DNA of 63,992 nucleotides, filler included, from Sanchytrium tribonematis (GCA_018985235.1; 6 parts of 6 records of this genome joined end to end with filler, not necessarily neighbours in it); one strand, 5' to 3'. Positions 22,781 through 32,876 are shown, counted from the whole stretch's first letter. The notes: generated from the sequence alone by a model not told the origin. Made by a program: numbers and translations.

Positions 22781-23143
22781 AGTCCAAATACTGTTGCATT
22801 TTCACTCAATAGTCCAATGAGTTATGGCATTATAGGTGGATTTGGTGCAATATTATTAATTGGTATTCTTTTATTGGCTATTAAAATGAGAATGGCATCT
22901 AAAAATGTAGATGATGCACCCAATGAAACCAATCCAAATGATGGATCATTTAGACCAGAAGTACAAGCAGAATCAGGAATGGCATCCTCAACGGCATCCC
23001 CAATGGCTAATGCGTCCATGACCATGTCACATACACAACCAACTGGCACTGTTTATGGGACTCAAAGTGGGACACAAAGTGGAATGACAACAGATAGTCG
23101 ACAAGCCAATACGACAACGGGCAGACAACATCGATTATTTTAA
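22781..23143 (+). CDS. C-terminal fragment of a single-pass membrane protein
   Basis: Frame open from the contig start; TM helix GIIGGFGAILLIGILLLAI then S/T-rich tail. Confidence 0.6.
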   Translation, partial: SPNTVAFSLNSPMSYGIIGGFGAILLIGILLLAIKMRMASKNVDDAPNETNPNDGSFRPEVQAESGMASSTASPMANASMTMSHTQPTGTVYGTQSGTQSGMTTDSRQANTTTGRQHRLF

Positions 23144-23329
23144 GTAAATGACATACCAATTGATTTTTTGACAATGGGGGACTCTTTGGGATGTGATCTG
23201 TGCGTGATTGATCTGTGCGTGCTAAAAGTTCGACCCTTTCCCCTTTTTTGCACAAAAAGAGGATTCGAGATCTCCCCCGTGCAATGTTATGGACTACTGT
23301 ATTTGCGAGTGATGTGGTTATGTCATAAA

Positions 23330-24199
23330 ATGACTGATTGGAAGGACAAGTTTGTCATCAAGAATGGCCATTCTAAAAGAATAAATGTGAAAGATAAAGG
23401 TACCTTTGAAATGAAATATGTGAATGGTATAGTTGAAGTGGGTCGCCCATGTCTCGCATTTACTTGTGTACCAAGCGATTCTGAATCTGACATTCTATTC
23501 AAATACAATGGTGTTGAATATGATTTATTTGAAACCAAAATGAAGGAGTTTGAAATTCCAGTATTCGATCTCAAATGTTTTAAAGTTGTTAACTTGCCAC
23601 TATGCTCCATCCGTGAAAAGAGTCCAGAATCACATCATTACTCTGGTCCAAGAAACGCATATTATTTCAGACTGGCTTATCGTGGAATGCAAGAGATAAA
23701 CAACGGTTGGAATCGTGAAACAGTGATCTGGGGGAAAAGATATGGCGAAGTGACCGTAACAATAGGTAACGCTTTATTCAAGTGGCCTAAGATCGGAATT
23801 AGCAAGGCAGGTGACAAAACTTTAAGCTGCCATGGCAATAAATACATAAAAGAGGGGTTTGCTATGAACGATTATGTTATAAGAAATATTCCAGAGACCC
23901 TGAGTTTAAATACTGAAGTAACAAAAGAGACCATAAGAATAAAGTCTAATGAAATCGTGGCTATAGACAGTGAAACCTTAGCGTTGATTGGAGTGGACTT
24001 TGACCAATACTTTGCAGGAAGTGCAGTGTATGTGATTAAGAAAAGTAATGAATATTACAAATTTCCATTTCAGAGTGAATCATTTGCAAAAATGGCAACG
24101 ACAGTGGATATCAGTATTCTGAAGGAAGCATTTGACATGGGGACGCATTTTAAATCACCAGAAGAAACTGCAGATCATTTGAGTCTTGTCTTTCAATAA
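23330..24199 (+). CDS. Hypothetical protein, about 289 aa
   Basis: Long ORF; ATG at 23330 chosen; no motif recognised. Confidence 0.65.
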   Translation: MTDWKDKFVIKNGHSKRINVKDKGTFEMKYVNGIVEVGRPCLAFTCVPSDSESDILFKYNGVEYDLFETKMKEFEIPVFDLKCFKVVNLPLCSIREKSPESHHYSGPRNAYYFRLAYRGMQEINNGWNRETVIWGKRYGEVTVTIGNALFKWPKIGISKAGDKTLSCHGNKYIKEGFAMNDYVIRNIPETLSLNTEVTKETIRIKSNEIVAIDSETLALIGVDFDQYFAGSAVYVIKKSNEYYKFPFQSESFAKMATTVDISILKEAFDMGTHFKSPEETADHLSLVFQ

Positions 24200-24670
24200 A
24201 TTGCATCAATCATTTACCCCATTTTGCAATAATGCGTGCCCCACTTGGTCTTGGGATTGCCATCATTAATGAATGCTAATGAAATCCACTTGCACATGTC
24301 TTGCAAATCAATCAAAATGTTTGCATTTTCATTTGCATCCAATCACAAATCCAAAGGATATTGAGTCCATTTCATAGATTTAATAAATACCCATCCGTAT
24401 CTCATTGATCATGAATCATACCAGATTAATTGCATGTACAATACATAAAAAGAGTCCATCTTTACATCGCAATTTATTAGTGGCTAAATTGCAAATTCAA
24501 TTAATGAGAGAATTTCCTGTTCAATATGTGATATTAACCACTAGAACCAGCCATGAAATGCAATTGAAATTAGACAAGATGGTATTGCAGAATATGACCA
24601 GTCATGCCAATATTGTGAAAAATATGCAAATGGTGTTGACGAAATAAATTGTTTTATTGGTATGATTAAA

Positions 24671-25198
24671 TTAGCAGAGCCAATTCAAATTGTATTTGCA
24701 CCATTTCTTGATTTCGTGTTCATATTTTGACACTAGATCATTTCTATAAATGCGACGTGGTTGTGTCACTTTATAAGTCTTTTCATTTTCAAACGCATGT
24801 CCATTTCCAAAATCTTGACACCAATACATAGATCCATCTTTAGATATAGCCATTCCAAATCCCACTTCTGTATAGGCTGGATTCACTAAATTCTTAAAAT
24901 GTCCAGCACTTTTAATCCATCCTTGGACCACATCTGTAATAGAATGGTATCCTTCAGCTACATTCTCTGCCAAGTTAGATCCATGATATCCCCCATTTCG
25001 AATACGTTGATCAAAATGAGTTGAATCTACAGAATGTCCCATTTTATGGTGTTTTGCCATGGTTTCTGCATAATGTTGTGCCACTTGAGTGAGTATTTGA
25101 CTTTGTTTTAATGGTTTAGCACCCAATTGCATTCTCACTTGATTGACTAGAAATAATCCCAATTGGTAATTAATGGCAAATAAGACGGTAAAATGCAT
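24671..25198 (-). CDS. Secreted CAP/SCP (PR-1/YkwD-like) protein
   Basis: VNQVR, AQHYAETMA, MGHS, AENVA, WIKSAGHFKNL, EVGFG, YWCQDFG. Confidence 0.9.
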   Translation of the reverse strand: MHFTVLFAINYQLGLFLVNQVRMQLGAKPLKQSQILTQVAQHYAETMAKHHKMGHSVDSTHFDQRIRNGGYHGSNLAENVAEGYHSITDVVQGWIKSAGHFKNLVNPAYTEVGFGMAISKDGSMYWCQDFGNGHAFENEKTYKVTQPRRIYRNDLVSKYEHEIKKWCKYNLNWLC

Positions 25199-25328
25199 TT
25201 GTAAATTTGTAAATGGGATATTTGGTGTATTATAAAGATCTGATAATCTAAAAACAGGTCTGATGGCTTTTAATAGGAAATACAAATTTGTGATACAAAT
25301 GTCTATATTCTATTTATTTTTAACGAGT

Positions 25329-26390
25329 TTACATGACGAGTGATTTCAAGTATGACCATATCCCATGCCTCTGATGTTTGTGTACTAAATGTGCTTCTTG
25401 ATCTATTTCTATTTCATCTTCAATGGCACTTGTAGTTGTGGCAGCTGCTTCTGCTTCTGCTTCTGAAGTTGGACATGGAACCGCATTTTCTTTTGGATTA
25501 ATCACGTTATTAGTAGAGTATTGGACTGTAGTAGGTTTAGGGTCTTCTTTTTTAGATTCTTCTACTTTAGGATCTTCAGTATTTTGTGCTTCTACTTTGA
25601 CTTCTTCTTTCTTTGGTTCCTCCTTTTTAGATTCTTCTACCTTGGGTGCCTCTACTTTGGGTGCTTCTACTTTAGCTTCTTCAATCTTCGGCTCTTCTAC
25701 TTTAGGTGTTTCTACTTTAGCTTCTTCAATCTTTGGTTCTTCTACCTTCTTCTCTTCTACTTTAGGTGTTTCTACTTTAACTTCTTCTTTTTTTGGCTCA
25801 TCAACCTTCTTCTCTTCTACTTTGGGTGTTTCTACTTTAGCTTCCTCTTTCTTTGGCTCTTCTACTTTGACTTCCTCTTTCTTTGGTTCTTCTACTTTAG
25901 CTTCCTCTTTCTTTGGCTCTTCTACTTTGACTTCCTCTTTCTTTGGTTCTTCTACTTTAGGTGCTTCAACCTTCTTTTCTTCTGTTGTAGCTTGAGCCTG
26001 TACTTGTCCACTACATGGTGATCTAACCCATGATACACCAGTACGTCCTACATCTTCATTTCCAACCACAATGGCAAACATGGCAGGAGACATATCTACT
26101 GCGCCACTTTGACATCCCATACATTTATCTTTAATATGAGCCAATTGAGATCCTTTAGGGCCTGTTACAAGCACACATTCATTACAAGATGGAGACCCAT
26201 TGCTACCAGGTCCAAAATCAGCAACACTGAGTGCAACAACCATGTTGTTATTGCTTTCTTGGGTGCCACATGCAGTTAATCCACTATTGAGATCATAAAA
26301 TGTGCCATCTCCAGATGCACGTTTAAACACTTGAGCATATCCATATCTTTCAGTTTTTAAAGCGAATAAAACAGAGATTAAAGCAATCAT
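25329..26390 (-). CDS. Secreted RlpA/DPBB (expansin/loosenin-like) protein with charged repeat stalk
   Basis: GDGTFY, TACG, DKCMGC, VDMSPAMF; followed by KVEEPKKEE repeats. Confidence 0.88.
   Translation of the reverse strand: MIALISVLFALKTERYGYAQVFKRASGDGTFYDLNSGLTACGTQESNNNMVVALSVADFGPGSNGSPSCNECVLVTGPKGSQLAHIKDKCMGCQSGAVDMSPAMFAIVVGNEDVGRTGVSWVRSPCSGQVQAQATTEEKKVEAPKVEEPKKEEVKVEEPKKEEAKVEEPKKEEVKVEEPKKEEAKVETPKVEEKKVDEPKKEEVKVETPKVEEKKVEEPKIEEAKVETPKVEEPKIEEAKVEAPKVEAPKVEESKKEEPKKEEVKVEAQNTEDPKVEESKKEDPKPTTVQYSTNNVINPKENAVPCPTSEAEAEAAATTTSAIEDEIEIDQEAHLVHKHQRHGIWSYLKSLVM
25540..25985 (-). repeat. Imperfect coding tandem repeat, 15/30-nt units (KVEEPKKEEA/V)
   Basis: Repeated TCTACTTT(A/G)(G/A)CTTCCTCTTTCTTTGG(C/T)TCT on the + strand. 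Confidence 0.9.
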
Positions 26391-26601
26391 TTACAAATGA
26401 GTGATTGGGGGAATGGGCGACTTTAATAGCGATGGAATGTGCAGGGATCATGTGCACGGATCAGAATATGGGGATTTGTGCTCAAAGGTGGGTTATCTGA
26501 GAGATGATTGGGGGTCATGTGAAATGCATCGATCACTATGCACAGATCACAAGGGCGGATAGTTCATGTGATCTTGCCAGAATAATTATTGGACTGGATA
26601 T

Positions 26602-27384
26602 TTATTGCTTTTTAATGCACTGCGTATCGTCAACAGGGACTGGTGCAGGTTGAACTGGCTGAACTGGTTGACCAACTGGAGGGACTGCATCTACAACAGG
26701 TGCTAATGGTGCTACAGGTGCCACTGGCTGAGCTACTGCGGGTGTAGCTGGTAGTGCGGGTGTTGCGGGTGCTGCTGTAGTGGGCGGTGTGGCAGGTGCT
26801 GTTGCTGGTAATGTCGTATTTTGAGCAGTATTGGCCCCACTCACAAAATCAATGCAATTCACATATTGTTGATCTTTTTGACCCCCATTCCAATACCATT
26901 GAATAGTGCATTGATCTGCTGCTGTGCATGAGGTACCAGCTGGTAAAGTGACTGCATGGGTTTCTTCACCAGCAGTTTTTGAACATTGGTATGGCTCACC
27001 CAATGCTGCTGCAAATTGGCCCTTTTTTAATAAACTAAACATACAAGTACCTGTATGAATAGCATGAAAGAAATATTTGACTGAGATTTGGCCACTTAAT
27101 TGGTTGGTATTTTGCCAATTATCATTATATCGACATGGGAAAGAATCGGGATAAACTTGATTCAATTTAACCATGTTGGAATCCATTTGAGCTCTTGTTA
27201 ATACACCGGGACCCACTGGAATATCAGGAGAGGGCGGCATAGTTCCACTTGCTTTTTTTAATGCTTTTTCATAAACAATATTGTTGTTGATTCCTGACCA
27301 TCTTTGATCATCACTATCACCTATGACTGTACGTGGTGTTGGAGATGTAATGACACCGTGTGAATAAATGGTTGTAAGCAACAT
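26602..27384 (-). CDS. Secreted LPMO-like (His-brace candidate) protein with Pro/Ala-rich tail
   Basis: HGVITSPTPR after an 8-aa leader; HTGTC; CTIQWYW; QQYVNCID. Confidence 0.7.
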   Translation of the reverse strand: MLLTTIYSHGVITSPTPRTVIGDSDDQRWSGINNNIVYEKALKKASGTMPPSPDIPVGPGVLTRAQMDSNMVKLNQVYPDSFPCRYNDNWQNTNQLSGQISVKYFFHAIHTGTCMFSLLKKGQFAAALGEPYQCSKTAGEETHAVTLPAGTSCTAADQCTIQWYWNGGQKDQQYVNCIDFVSGANTAQNTTLPATAPATPPTTAAPATPALPATPAVAQPVAPVAPLAPVVDAVPPVGQPVQPVQPAPVPVDDTQCIKKQ

Positions 27385-27554
27385 TAAAAGAAATGAGATG
27401 CGATTTATTTTAATAAAATTGGTTTAATTGTGATTGGATCTACAAAATGGAATACCCTTTGTATTATAGAGTGATTGGATATGACATATGAGTTGTCATG
27501 ACTTTGTACTAACGAGGTATACTTTGATGAAAAACGAAATTTGCCAAACTGACG

Positions 27555-28016
27555 ATGAAACTTAGAATTGTCCCTGTCGAATTTAAAAAAAGAAATACAA
27601 TCGGGGACTTTTTATATATGAAAGATTTACCAGAATATAAGAATGCTTTATTTATATTCAATGATAATGTGCGCGACCATCCATCTGCTGTTACAGGAGG
27701 TGGAAATGCTCAAATGCGACCATTTAATCAATTTGGACAATGTCAACCACCTAAATCAGCAGGTATTCCAACTGGATTGCAAGGAGGATTCGATGATTTG
27801 AATGATGACGTACAAAATCATGTAGATTCTGCCATAAGTGAAATCAGATCACTTTTAAAGCAATTTCCATATGATCAAGTGATTTATTCCTGTACTAGCA
27901 ATCATTCAGTATCTTTTGAGGGGAAACAAGTACCATTACTGGGTTCATCTATCTTTAAAGTAGATCCACAAGTATTAGAGTATATTACCTTGCAAATATG
28001 GAAATTGGCAAAATAA
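27555..28016 (+). CDS. Hypothetical protein, virus/bacteria-like
   Basis: GDF, ALFIFNDN, GGGNAQMRP, SAGIPTG, LGSSIF motifs. Confidence 0.75.
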   Translation: MKLRIVPVEFKKRNTIGDFLYMKDLPEYKNALFIFNDNVRDHPSAVTGGGNAQMRPFNQFGQCQPPKSAGIPTGLQGGFDDLNDDVQNHVDSAISEIRSLLKQFPYDQVIYSCTSNHSVSFEGKQVPLLGSSIFKVDPQVLEYITLQIWKLAK

Positions 28017-28029
28017 AATATAATTTTTG

Positions 28030-29016
28030 ATGCTCCAAAATCTCCCCAAAGTCACTCGTGATTATTACGAATCTGGTGCCGACAACGAACAAACCCTTGC
28101 TCATAATATCAATTACTTTAAATCCATCTCATTAATACCCAGATTATTCCCATCGAAATCCAGTTCATACACCACTATTTATGGCCATCCCATTCGATTT
28201 ATTGGGATTGCTCCATTTGCAAGTCAATGTACCATCCATCCGAATGGTGAAATAGAAACAGCAAAAGCAGCACAACAAATGGATGCTGTCATGATATTAA
28301 GTACTTATAGCACTACCAAACTAGAAACAGTCAAACAACATTGCAAATATTTATGGCTCCAATTATACATTTTTCAAGATGAACAAATGACACTTGATTT
28401 AATTAAAAGAGCAGAATTATGTGGTGTAGAAGCACTTGTCATTACTGTAGATAGACCCTTATTAGGTAAAAGAAGAACTAATTTAACAAATCGATATCAT
28501 TTGCCAAATCATCTAAAATATGCCAATTTCAATACATCAATAGCAAGTAGCAGTGACAGACAAGGATTACAAATCACCACATCCAATGACATGCCCAAAA
28601 TAGACTTGACATGGTCATTTATTAAACAATTAAAATCCATCACAAATCTCAAAATCATTTTAAAAGGCACTTTACACCCAAATGACATTGATTTATGTAT
28701 TCAATATCAAATTGATGCCATTTATATATCTAATCATGGTGGTAGACAACTAGATGACACCCCACACGCATTACAAATCTTGCAACTTTTAAAACATCAA
28801 AATTGTCAAATTCCTATTTTAGTAGATGGTGGATTCCATAATGGTCAAGACGTGTTTAAAGCATATCAATTAGGTGCACATATGGTATTTTTAGGTAGAT
28901 GTGTAGCATATGAATTGGAAAATGGACATTCACGCATTATTCGTAAAATGAATGAAATTGTGGATGAATATGAGTATTGTCAAGCATATTGTGACATTAA
29001 ACGCAGTAAATTGTGA
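28030..29016 (+). CDS. FMN-dependent alpha-hydroxy acid oxidase, peroxisomal
   Basis: YYESGA, WLQLY, ITVD, ILKG, SNHGGRQLD, VDGG; C-terminal SKL (PTS1). Confidence 0.93.
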   Translation: MLQNLPKVTRDYYESGADNEQTLAHNINYFKSISLIPRLFPSKSSSYTTIYGHPIRFIGIAPFASQCTIHPNGEIETAKAAQQMDAVMILSTYSTTKLETVKQHCKYLWLQLYIFQDEQMTLDLIKRAELCGVEALVITVDRPLLGKRRTNLTNRYHLPNHLKYANFNTSIASSSDRQGLQITTSNDMPKIDLTWSFIKQLKSITNLKIILKGTLHPNDIDLCIQYQIDAIYISNHGGRQLDDTPHALQILQLLKHQNCQIPILVDGGFHNGQDVFKAYQLGAHMVFLGRCVAYELENGHSRIIRKMNEIVDEYEYCQAYCDIKRSKL

Positions 29017-29204
29017 TGTGGGGTGGTCATTTAATCCGTAAATGAACCTGGCTTGCATCGCTAAATGGTTTTTCTTTCAATTTATACGCCAATTTGCAAG
29101 CACCACTCGAGATATGTTTGCCCAAATGAACTGCTTGCAAAGCCAATGAAGTCAATTCAAATTGAAAATCAAGTCTATTTAAGAAGTAAATACCCTTTTA
29201 TAAT

Positions 29205-29723
29205 ATGATTTTTATCTTGATGATTTTGACTTTGGCCACACCCAGACACGTTTCTCACAAACCAGCAAGTCGGCGACGTCGTTCTCATACACCAAAACGC
29301 CATTATCGTAGACCCCTTAAAAAACCCAAAAGAGCAACTACAAAACAACGGCGATGTGGTCCTAATCTAGCGCATTGTCTTAAAGGTGAGGTATGCAGCA
29401 ATGATTGGTGTGTAACTAATTCGAAGTTTCAAACTCATTGTAAACCACAGTATAGCTATCCCGGGACCTGTAAGGTGGAATTGCCGGGTAGCAAATGTGG
29501 ATTATATGAAGGCCATGGACATTGCTGGAATGGCCGAATCTGCGGTTTAAATGGATATTGCACAGAAAATGCGTTTTATTGCCAAAAAAAATATAGTGAT
29601 GCTGATTGCGTGGACTCTTCGCCAAGCCCTCCTCCTGTAACTCATGATGCTGATGATGATGATGATGATGATGATGACGGTGGCAGTGTTCGACCAGGGT
29701 ATACCACTGTTAACACTGGTTAA
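29205..29723 (+). CDS. Secreted Cys-rich protein with two hevein/CBM18-like modules
   Basis: CGPNLAHC...CSNDWC...CKPQY and CGLYEGHGHC...CGLNGYC...CQKKY; basic N-terminal part, poly-Asp tail. Confidence 0.65.
   Translation: MIFILMILTLATPRHVSHKPASRRRRSHTPKRHYRRPLKKPKRATTKQRRCGPNLAHCLKGEVCSNDWCVTNSKFQTHCKPQYSYPGTCKVELPGSKCGLYEGHGHCWNGRICGLNGYCTENAFYCQKKYSDADCVDSSPSPPPVTHDADDDDDDDDDGGSVRPGYTTVNTG
29652..29675 (+). repeat. (GAT)8 coding microsatellite (poly-Asp)
   Basis: Direct reading. Confidence 0.9.
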
Positions 29724-29735
29724 TAAATCTAGCAT

Positions 29736-30917
29736 TTATTGATTTAAAAGCATACTTTGGTAAATCAAAGTATAAAATGGCCCACAATGTATTTTTTGAT
29801 AATTTAAATCAGATTTAAATGTTTTTAAACAAGTATTGTCATGTTCATTCTTCATTTGTACCAATCTAGTGGGTTTTGAAATCATTTTCTTGTTTGAATC
29901 ACATCCAATTTGACCAAATTGATTATTTCCAAATGCCAATAAATCATTGCCATATAATTCATTCTTGTTATAACAATCACTATCTAATTCTACCACAGTA
30001 TGAAATTTACCACAAATTACATTTAAAATGGGTGTATTTTGAATAGATTGATGGATTTCTGAGAATTGTGTTAAATCACTTAATTTGGGAATTTTACACC
30101 ATTGATTTTGTTTATTTATTAATTTAGAGGTGCCTAATTGACCATATTGACCATTTCCACAAGAATATAATTTATAATTTGAATATAAATAAGATTGATT
30201 GCCACCTGCAAATATTCTCATATTTAAATAATCATGATTTGGAGTAGATATTGGTGATAATGGGTAATTGGTATAATTGGGTAATGATAATTGACCATTG
30301 ATATTGGATCCCATGCCAAATAAACCATTTCGAGTCAAAATGAGAAAATGGTCATTTCCACTTGCAATTTGCAACACATTCGAAATTGGTATTTTTTGTA
30401 ATTGATTAGTGGATTTGGATGTTGCATTATTCAATAAATCCATTTGATATTCATATAGGGCATCTTTTGAATGAATTAATGCAGAATGATCTCCACTTGC
30501 CATTTGGAGGGGTGATGCTATATCTAATAAATGATACGATCCATTTAATTGAATATGGTATAAATGGTCATGGGAGATGCCTAGGATACTATTTTGACTC
30601 ACAGCGATTTGATCAAATGATAAATCAGTCAATTTTCGACTATTTTCTAAATTGATGGCAATTTTGGGTGGATTTGTACATGTTTGTGCATCAAATAATT
30701 CAATATCATCACGATCCCATATGATTAATTCATTATATTCATTAATAGCAGCCATAAATGACCAAGAAGATGCCAATTGTTTGAATTTGCCAAATTGGAA
30801 TGATGTGGGTTTATTAGATTTGGATAATGGATTGAGGCCAAATATGAATGATTTGGTGGATGAATGATCATATTCATGTAGCTTGATGGTTGCCAATTTG
30901 AAAATATTTGCAAACAT
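29736..30917 (-). CDS. RCC1-repeat protein
   Basis: IASGNDH, GSNINGQL, GNGQYGQLG, CGKFHT, FGNNQFGQIG. Confidence 0.88.
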   Translation of the reverse strand: MFANIFKLATIKLHEYDHSSTKSFIFGLNPLSKSNKPTSFQFGKFKQLASSWSFMAAINEYNELIIWDRDDIELFDAQTCTNPPKIAINLENSRKLTDLSFDQIAVSQNSILGISHDHLYHIQLNGSYHLLDIASPLQMASGDHSALIHSKDALYEYQMDLLNNATSKSTNQLQKIPISNVLQIASGNDHFLILTRNGLFGMGSNINGQLSLPNYTNYPLSPISTPNHDYLNMRIFAGGNQSYLYSNYKLYSCGNGQYGQLGTSKLINKQNQWCKIPKLSDLTQFSEIHQSIQNTPILNVICGKFHTVVELDSDCYNKNELYGNDLLAFGNNQFGQIGCDSNKKMISKPTRLVQMKNEHDNTCLKTFKSDLNYQKIHCGPFYTLIYQSMLLNQ

Positions 30918-30927
30918 GGGGAGAAAT

Positions 30928-31854
30928 TTATTTTAGTTTAAATTTAAAATATCCTGTGCAATTATCTTCACAATTTAATCCTTCTTTCTCTAAAACACTT
31001 AAAAGTGCAATTTTTAATTTAGAATATCCTTGATAACTATTATTCCCTTTACCAGTTACAATTGTAATTGACGGGGATGCGCTATTGCCATTGATTATAG
31101 CACGATGTGATTTATGGAAATCTAATAAATCTAATAAAATGATTTTGGCTTCTTTAACTTGAATATTGTGGAAATCATAATGAAATGCAGTAGATTGTGA
31201 ATGCAAGATGGCATATGCTTGTTGTAATTTCAATTCTTGTATTTGCATTTCTATATCTTGTTTATTAATGGAGTAATTGGATGCCACAGCACCACCTTGT
31301 CCATTATATTTGTGGTTTCTTCGACTGGAATAAGCTTGCACGGATTTATGAGATAGTTGTAATTTCTTGCTGTGTAGCGACTGGATATCTGTTGCATACG
31401 ATTGGATGGGTTTATTTGGAATAAATTTATCATCAAAAAATGTGCTACAAATTTGATCTAGTGGTAATAATATGATATTAGAGGGTAAAATTGGTTTTAT
31501 AATGGCAGTAGGTGTATTATTAGGTGGTTTAGGAGGATCAGAATGCTTCCGTTGTAATTTCTCACTCAATGTTGTTTTATTTTGCCAGTCATTTCGAATT
31601 GGCATCTCTGGTTGACTAGATACAGGCATACCGAATATTAATATATTCGCCACACGTTCTATAGACTGATATTTGTTGTATAAAGTAGTCAATTCATATT
31701 CAGAATGATCTGGAAATAATAATTTTAATTCTGATATTGGATTTTTGAAATTGACGAGTATTTCTATAGCTTGTTGAATAGAACCACAATCATTAACTGT
31801 TTTTTGGATAATAGAGAGTGGAATATTGGGGAACATGGCTAATAATTGATCCAT
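30928..31854 (-). CDS. CUE-CUE-Smr endonuclease (Cue2/N4BP2-like)
   Basis: LLAMFP and LKLLFP CUE motifs; Smr motifs DFHN and IVTGKGNNS. Confidence 0.82.
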   Translation of the reverse strand: MDQLLAMFPNIPLSIIQKTVNDCGSIQQAIEILVNFKNPISELKLLFPDHSEYELTTLYNKYQSIERVANILIFGMPVSSQPEMPIRNDWQNKTTLSEKLQRKHSDPPKPPNNTPTAIIKPILPSNIILLPLDQICSTFFDDKFIPNKPIQSYATDIQSLHSKKLQLSHKSVQAYSSRRNHKYNGQGGAVASNYSINKQDIEMQIQELKLQQAYAILHSQSTAFHYDFHNIQVKEAKIILLDLLDFHKSHRAIINGNSASPSITIVTGKGNNSYQGYSKLKIALLSVLEKEGLNCEDNCTGYFKFKLK

Positions 31855-32054
31855 TTTGAATGAAAAAAGATTTGCAAATTGGACAAAACAACGGAGTGGA
31901 CCCTCTTAGATTTGTGATTCACATTTATTTATTACAACTCTTTCAATTAATGAATGGAATGTCATGTCATTATCGATGAATCTCACATTTGCAATGTAAA
32001 CCAATGATGCAAAAATACCCCTTTTCTTCAAACAATCACAAAGGAGTTTTTTTC

Positions 32055-32876
32055 ATGGTTTTTCTTCTCGTCATCATTCTATCACAATTAATTGACCACC
32101 AAAAAATTAATCATTATAAAATACTTCAGGAATTGAGCCTAATCTACATGAATCAAACGATGCAAGTAATCGCTCTAAATAATTTTGTTCATCAAATAAT
32201 GGTCAATTTGAATAAATTGCATACCTCCGAACCTCCAATGGCCCATTTCGATGTCAAATTAGAGCAAATTCAAAGAATTTGGGACCCAGAAGGACTATTT
32301 AAATATGAATTGAAAAATTCCAAATTAGAGCAAATTCAAAGAATTTGGGACCCAGAAGGACTATTTAAATATGAATTGAAAAATTCCAAATTTACCAAAA
32401 CTGGAGAATTGAATCATATAATCATTTGGACATCAGACAGAACTAATATCAATGATTACGCAGCACCAGAGATGTATTCAGAAAATACTCCAGATGACTT
32501 CGATGCTATTAAAGTAGACTTGTTTGCATTCGGAGTCATAATACATAAAATATTGCAGATAATAGCTGGAATAGGGTATCAAACGAATAAAGGATACTTG
32601 AAATGCACTGAAATCCCTAATACCCTTCAAAATAAGAAGAAAAGACCCATCAAAGTCTATAAATCATCTCCATTGAATCCATTTGGTAGATTAAAAAGTA
32701 TTGCATCCCAATTAACACATTGTGATCCATCCGCTAGACCATCCGTTAAGTCTTTTCTTATTAAACATGAAATTGATCAAATCATCAAAAAAGAGCCCAA
32801 ATTATTCATTCCAAAGAAGAATGAAGTGTCTCTGCTCCATTTGGCATTAATGAACAACAATTTACATCGCAAATAG
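32055..32876 (+). CDS. Degenerate kinase-like protein with signal-like leader; possible pseudokinase or pseudogene
   Basis: AHFDVKLEQ catalytic-loop remnant, DYAAPE, DLFAFGV, DPSARPS; no DFG and no N-lobe; internal 22-aa duplication. Confidence 0.65.
   Translation: MVFLLVIILSQLIDHQKINHYKILQELSLIYMNQTMQVIALNNFVHQIMVNLNKLHTSEPPMAHFDVKLEQIQRIWDPEGLFKYELKNSKLEQIQRIWDPEGLFKYELKNSKFTKTGELNHIIIWTSDRTNINDYAAPEMYSENTPDDFDAIKVDLFAFGVIIHKILQIIAGIGYQTNKGYLKCTEIPNTLQNKKKRPIKVYKSSPLNPFGRLKSIASQLTHCDPSARPSVKSFLIKHEIDQIIKKEPKLFIPKKNEVSLLHLALMNNNLHRK
32255..32386 (+). repeat. Perfect 66-bp tandem duplication
   Basis: 32255-32320 equals 32321-32386 (KLEQIQRIWDPEGLFKYELKNS twice). Confidence 0.95.

Noticed and set aside
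24405..24647. 80-aa ORF
   Set aside because: No recognisable motif and a weak start; cannot be supported without expression data.
25540..25985. CRISPR-like periodicity
   Set aside because: There are no unique spacers; it is an in-frame protein repeat in a eukaryotic gene.
25423..26021. Two long + strand ORFs (Ser/Phe-rich)
   Set aside because: They are antisense shadows of the KVEEPKK coding repeat.
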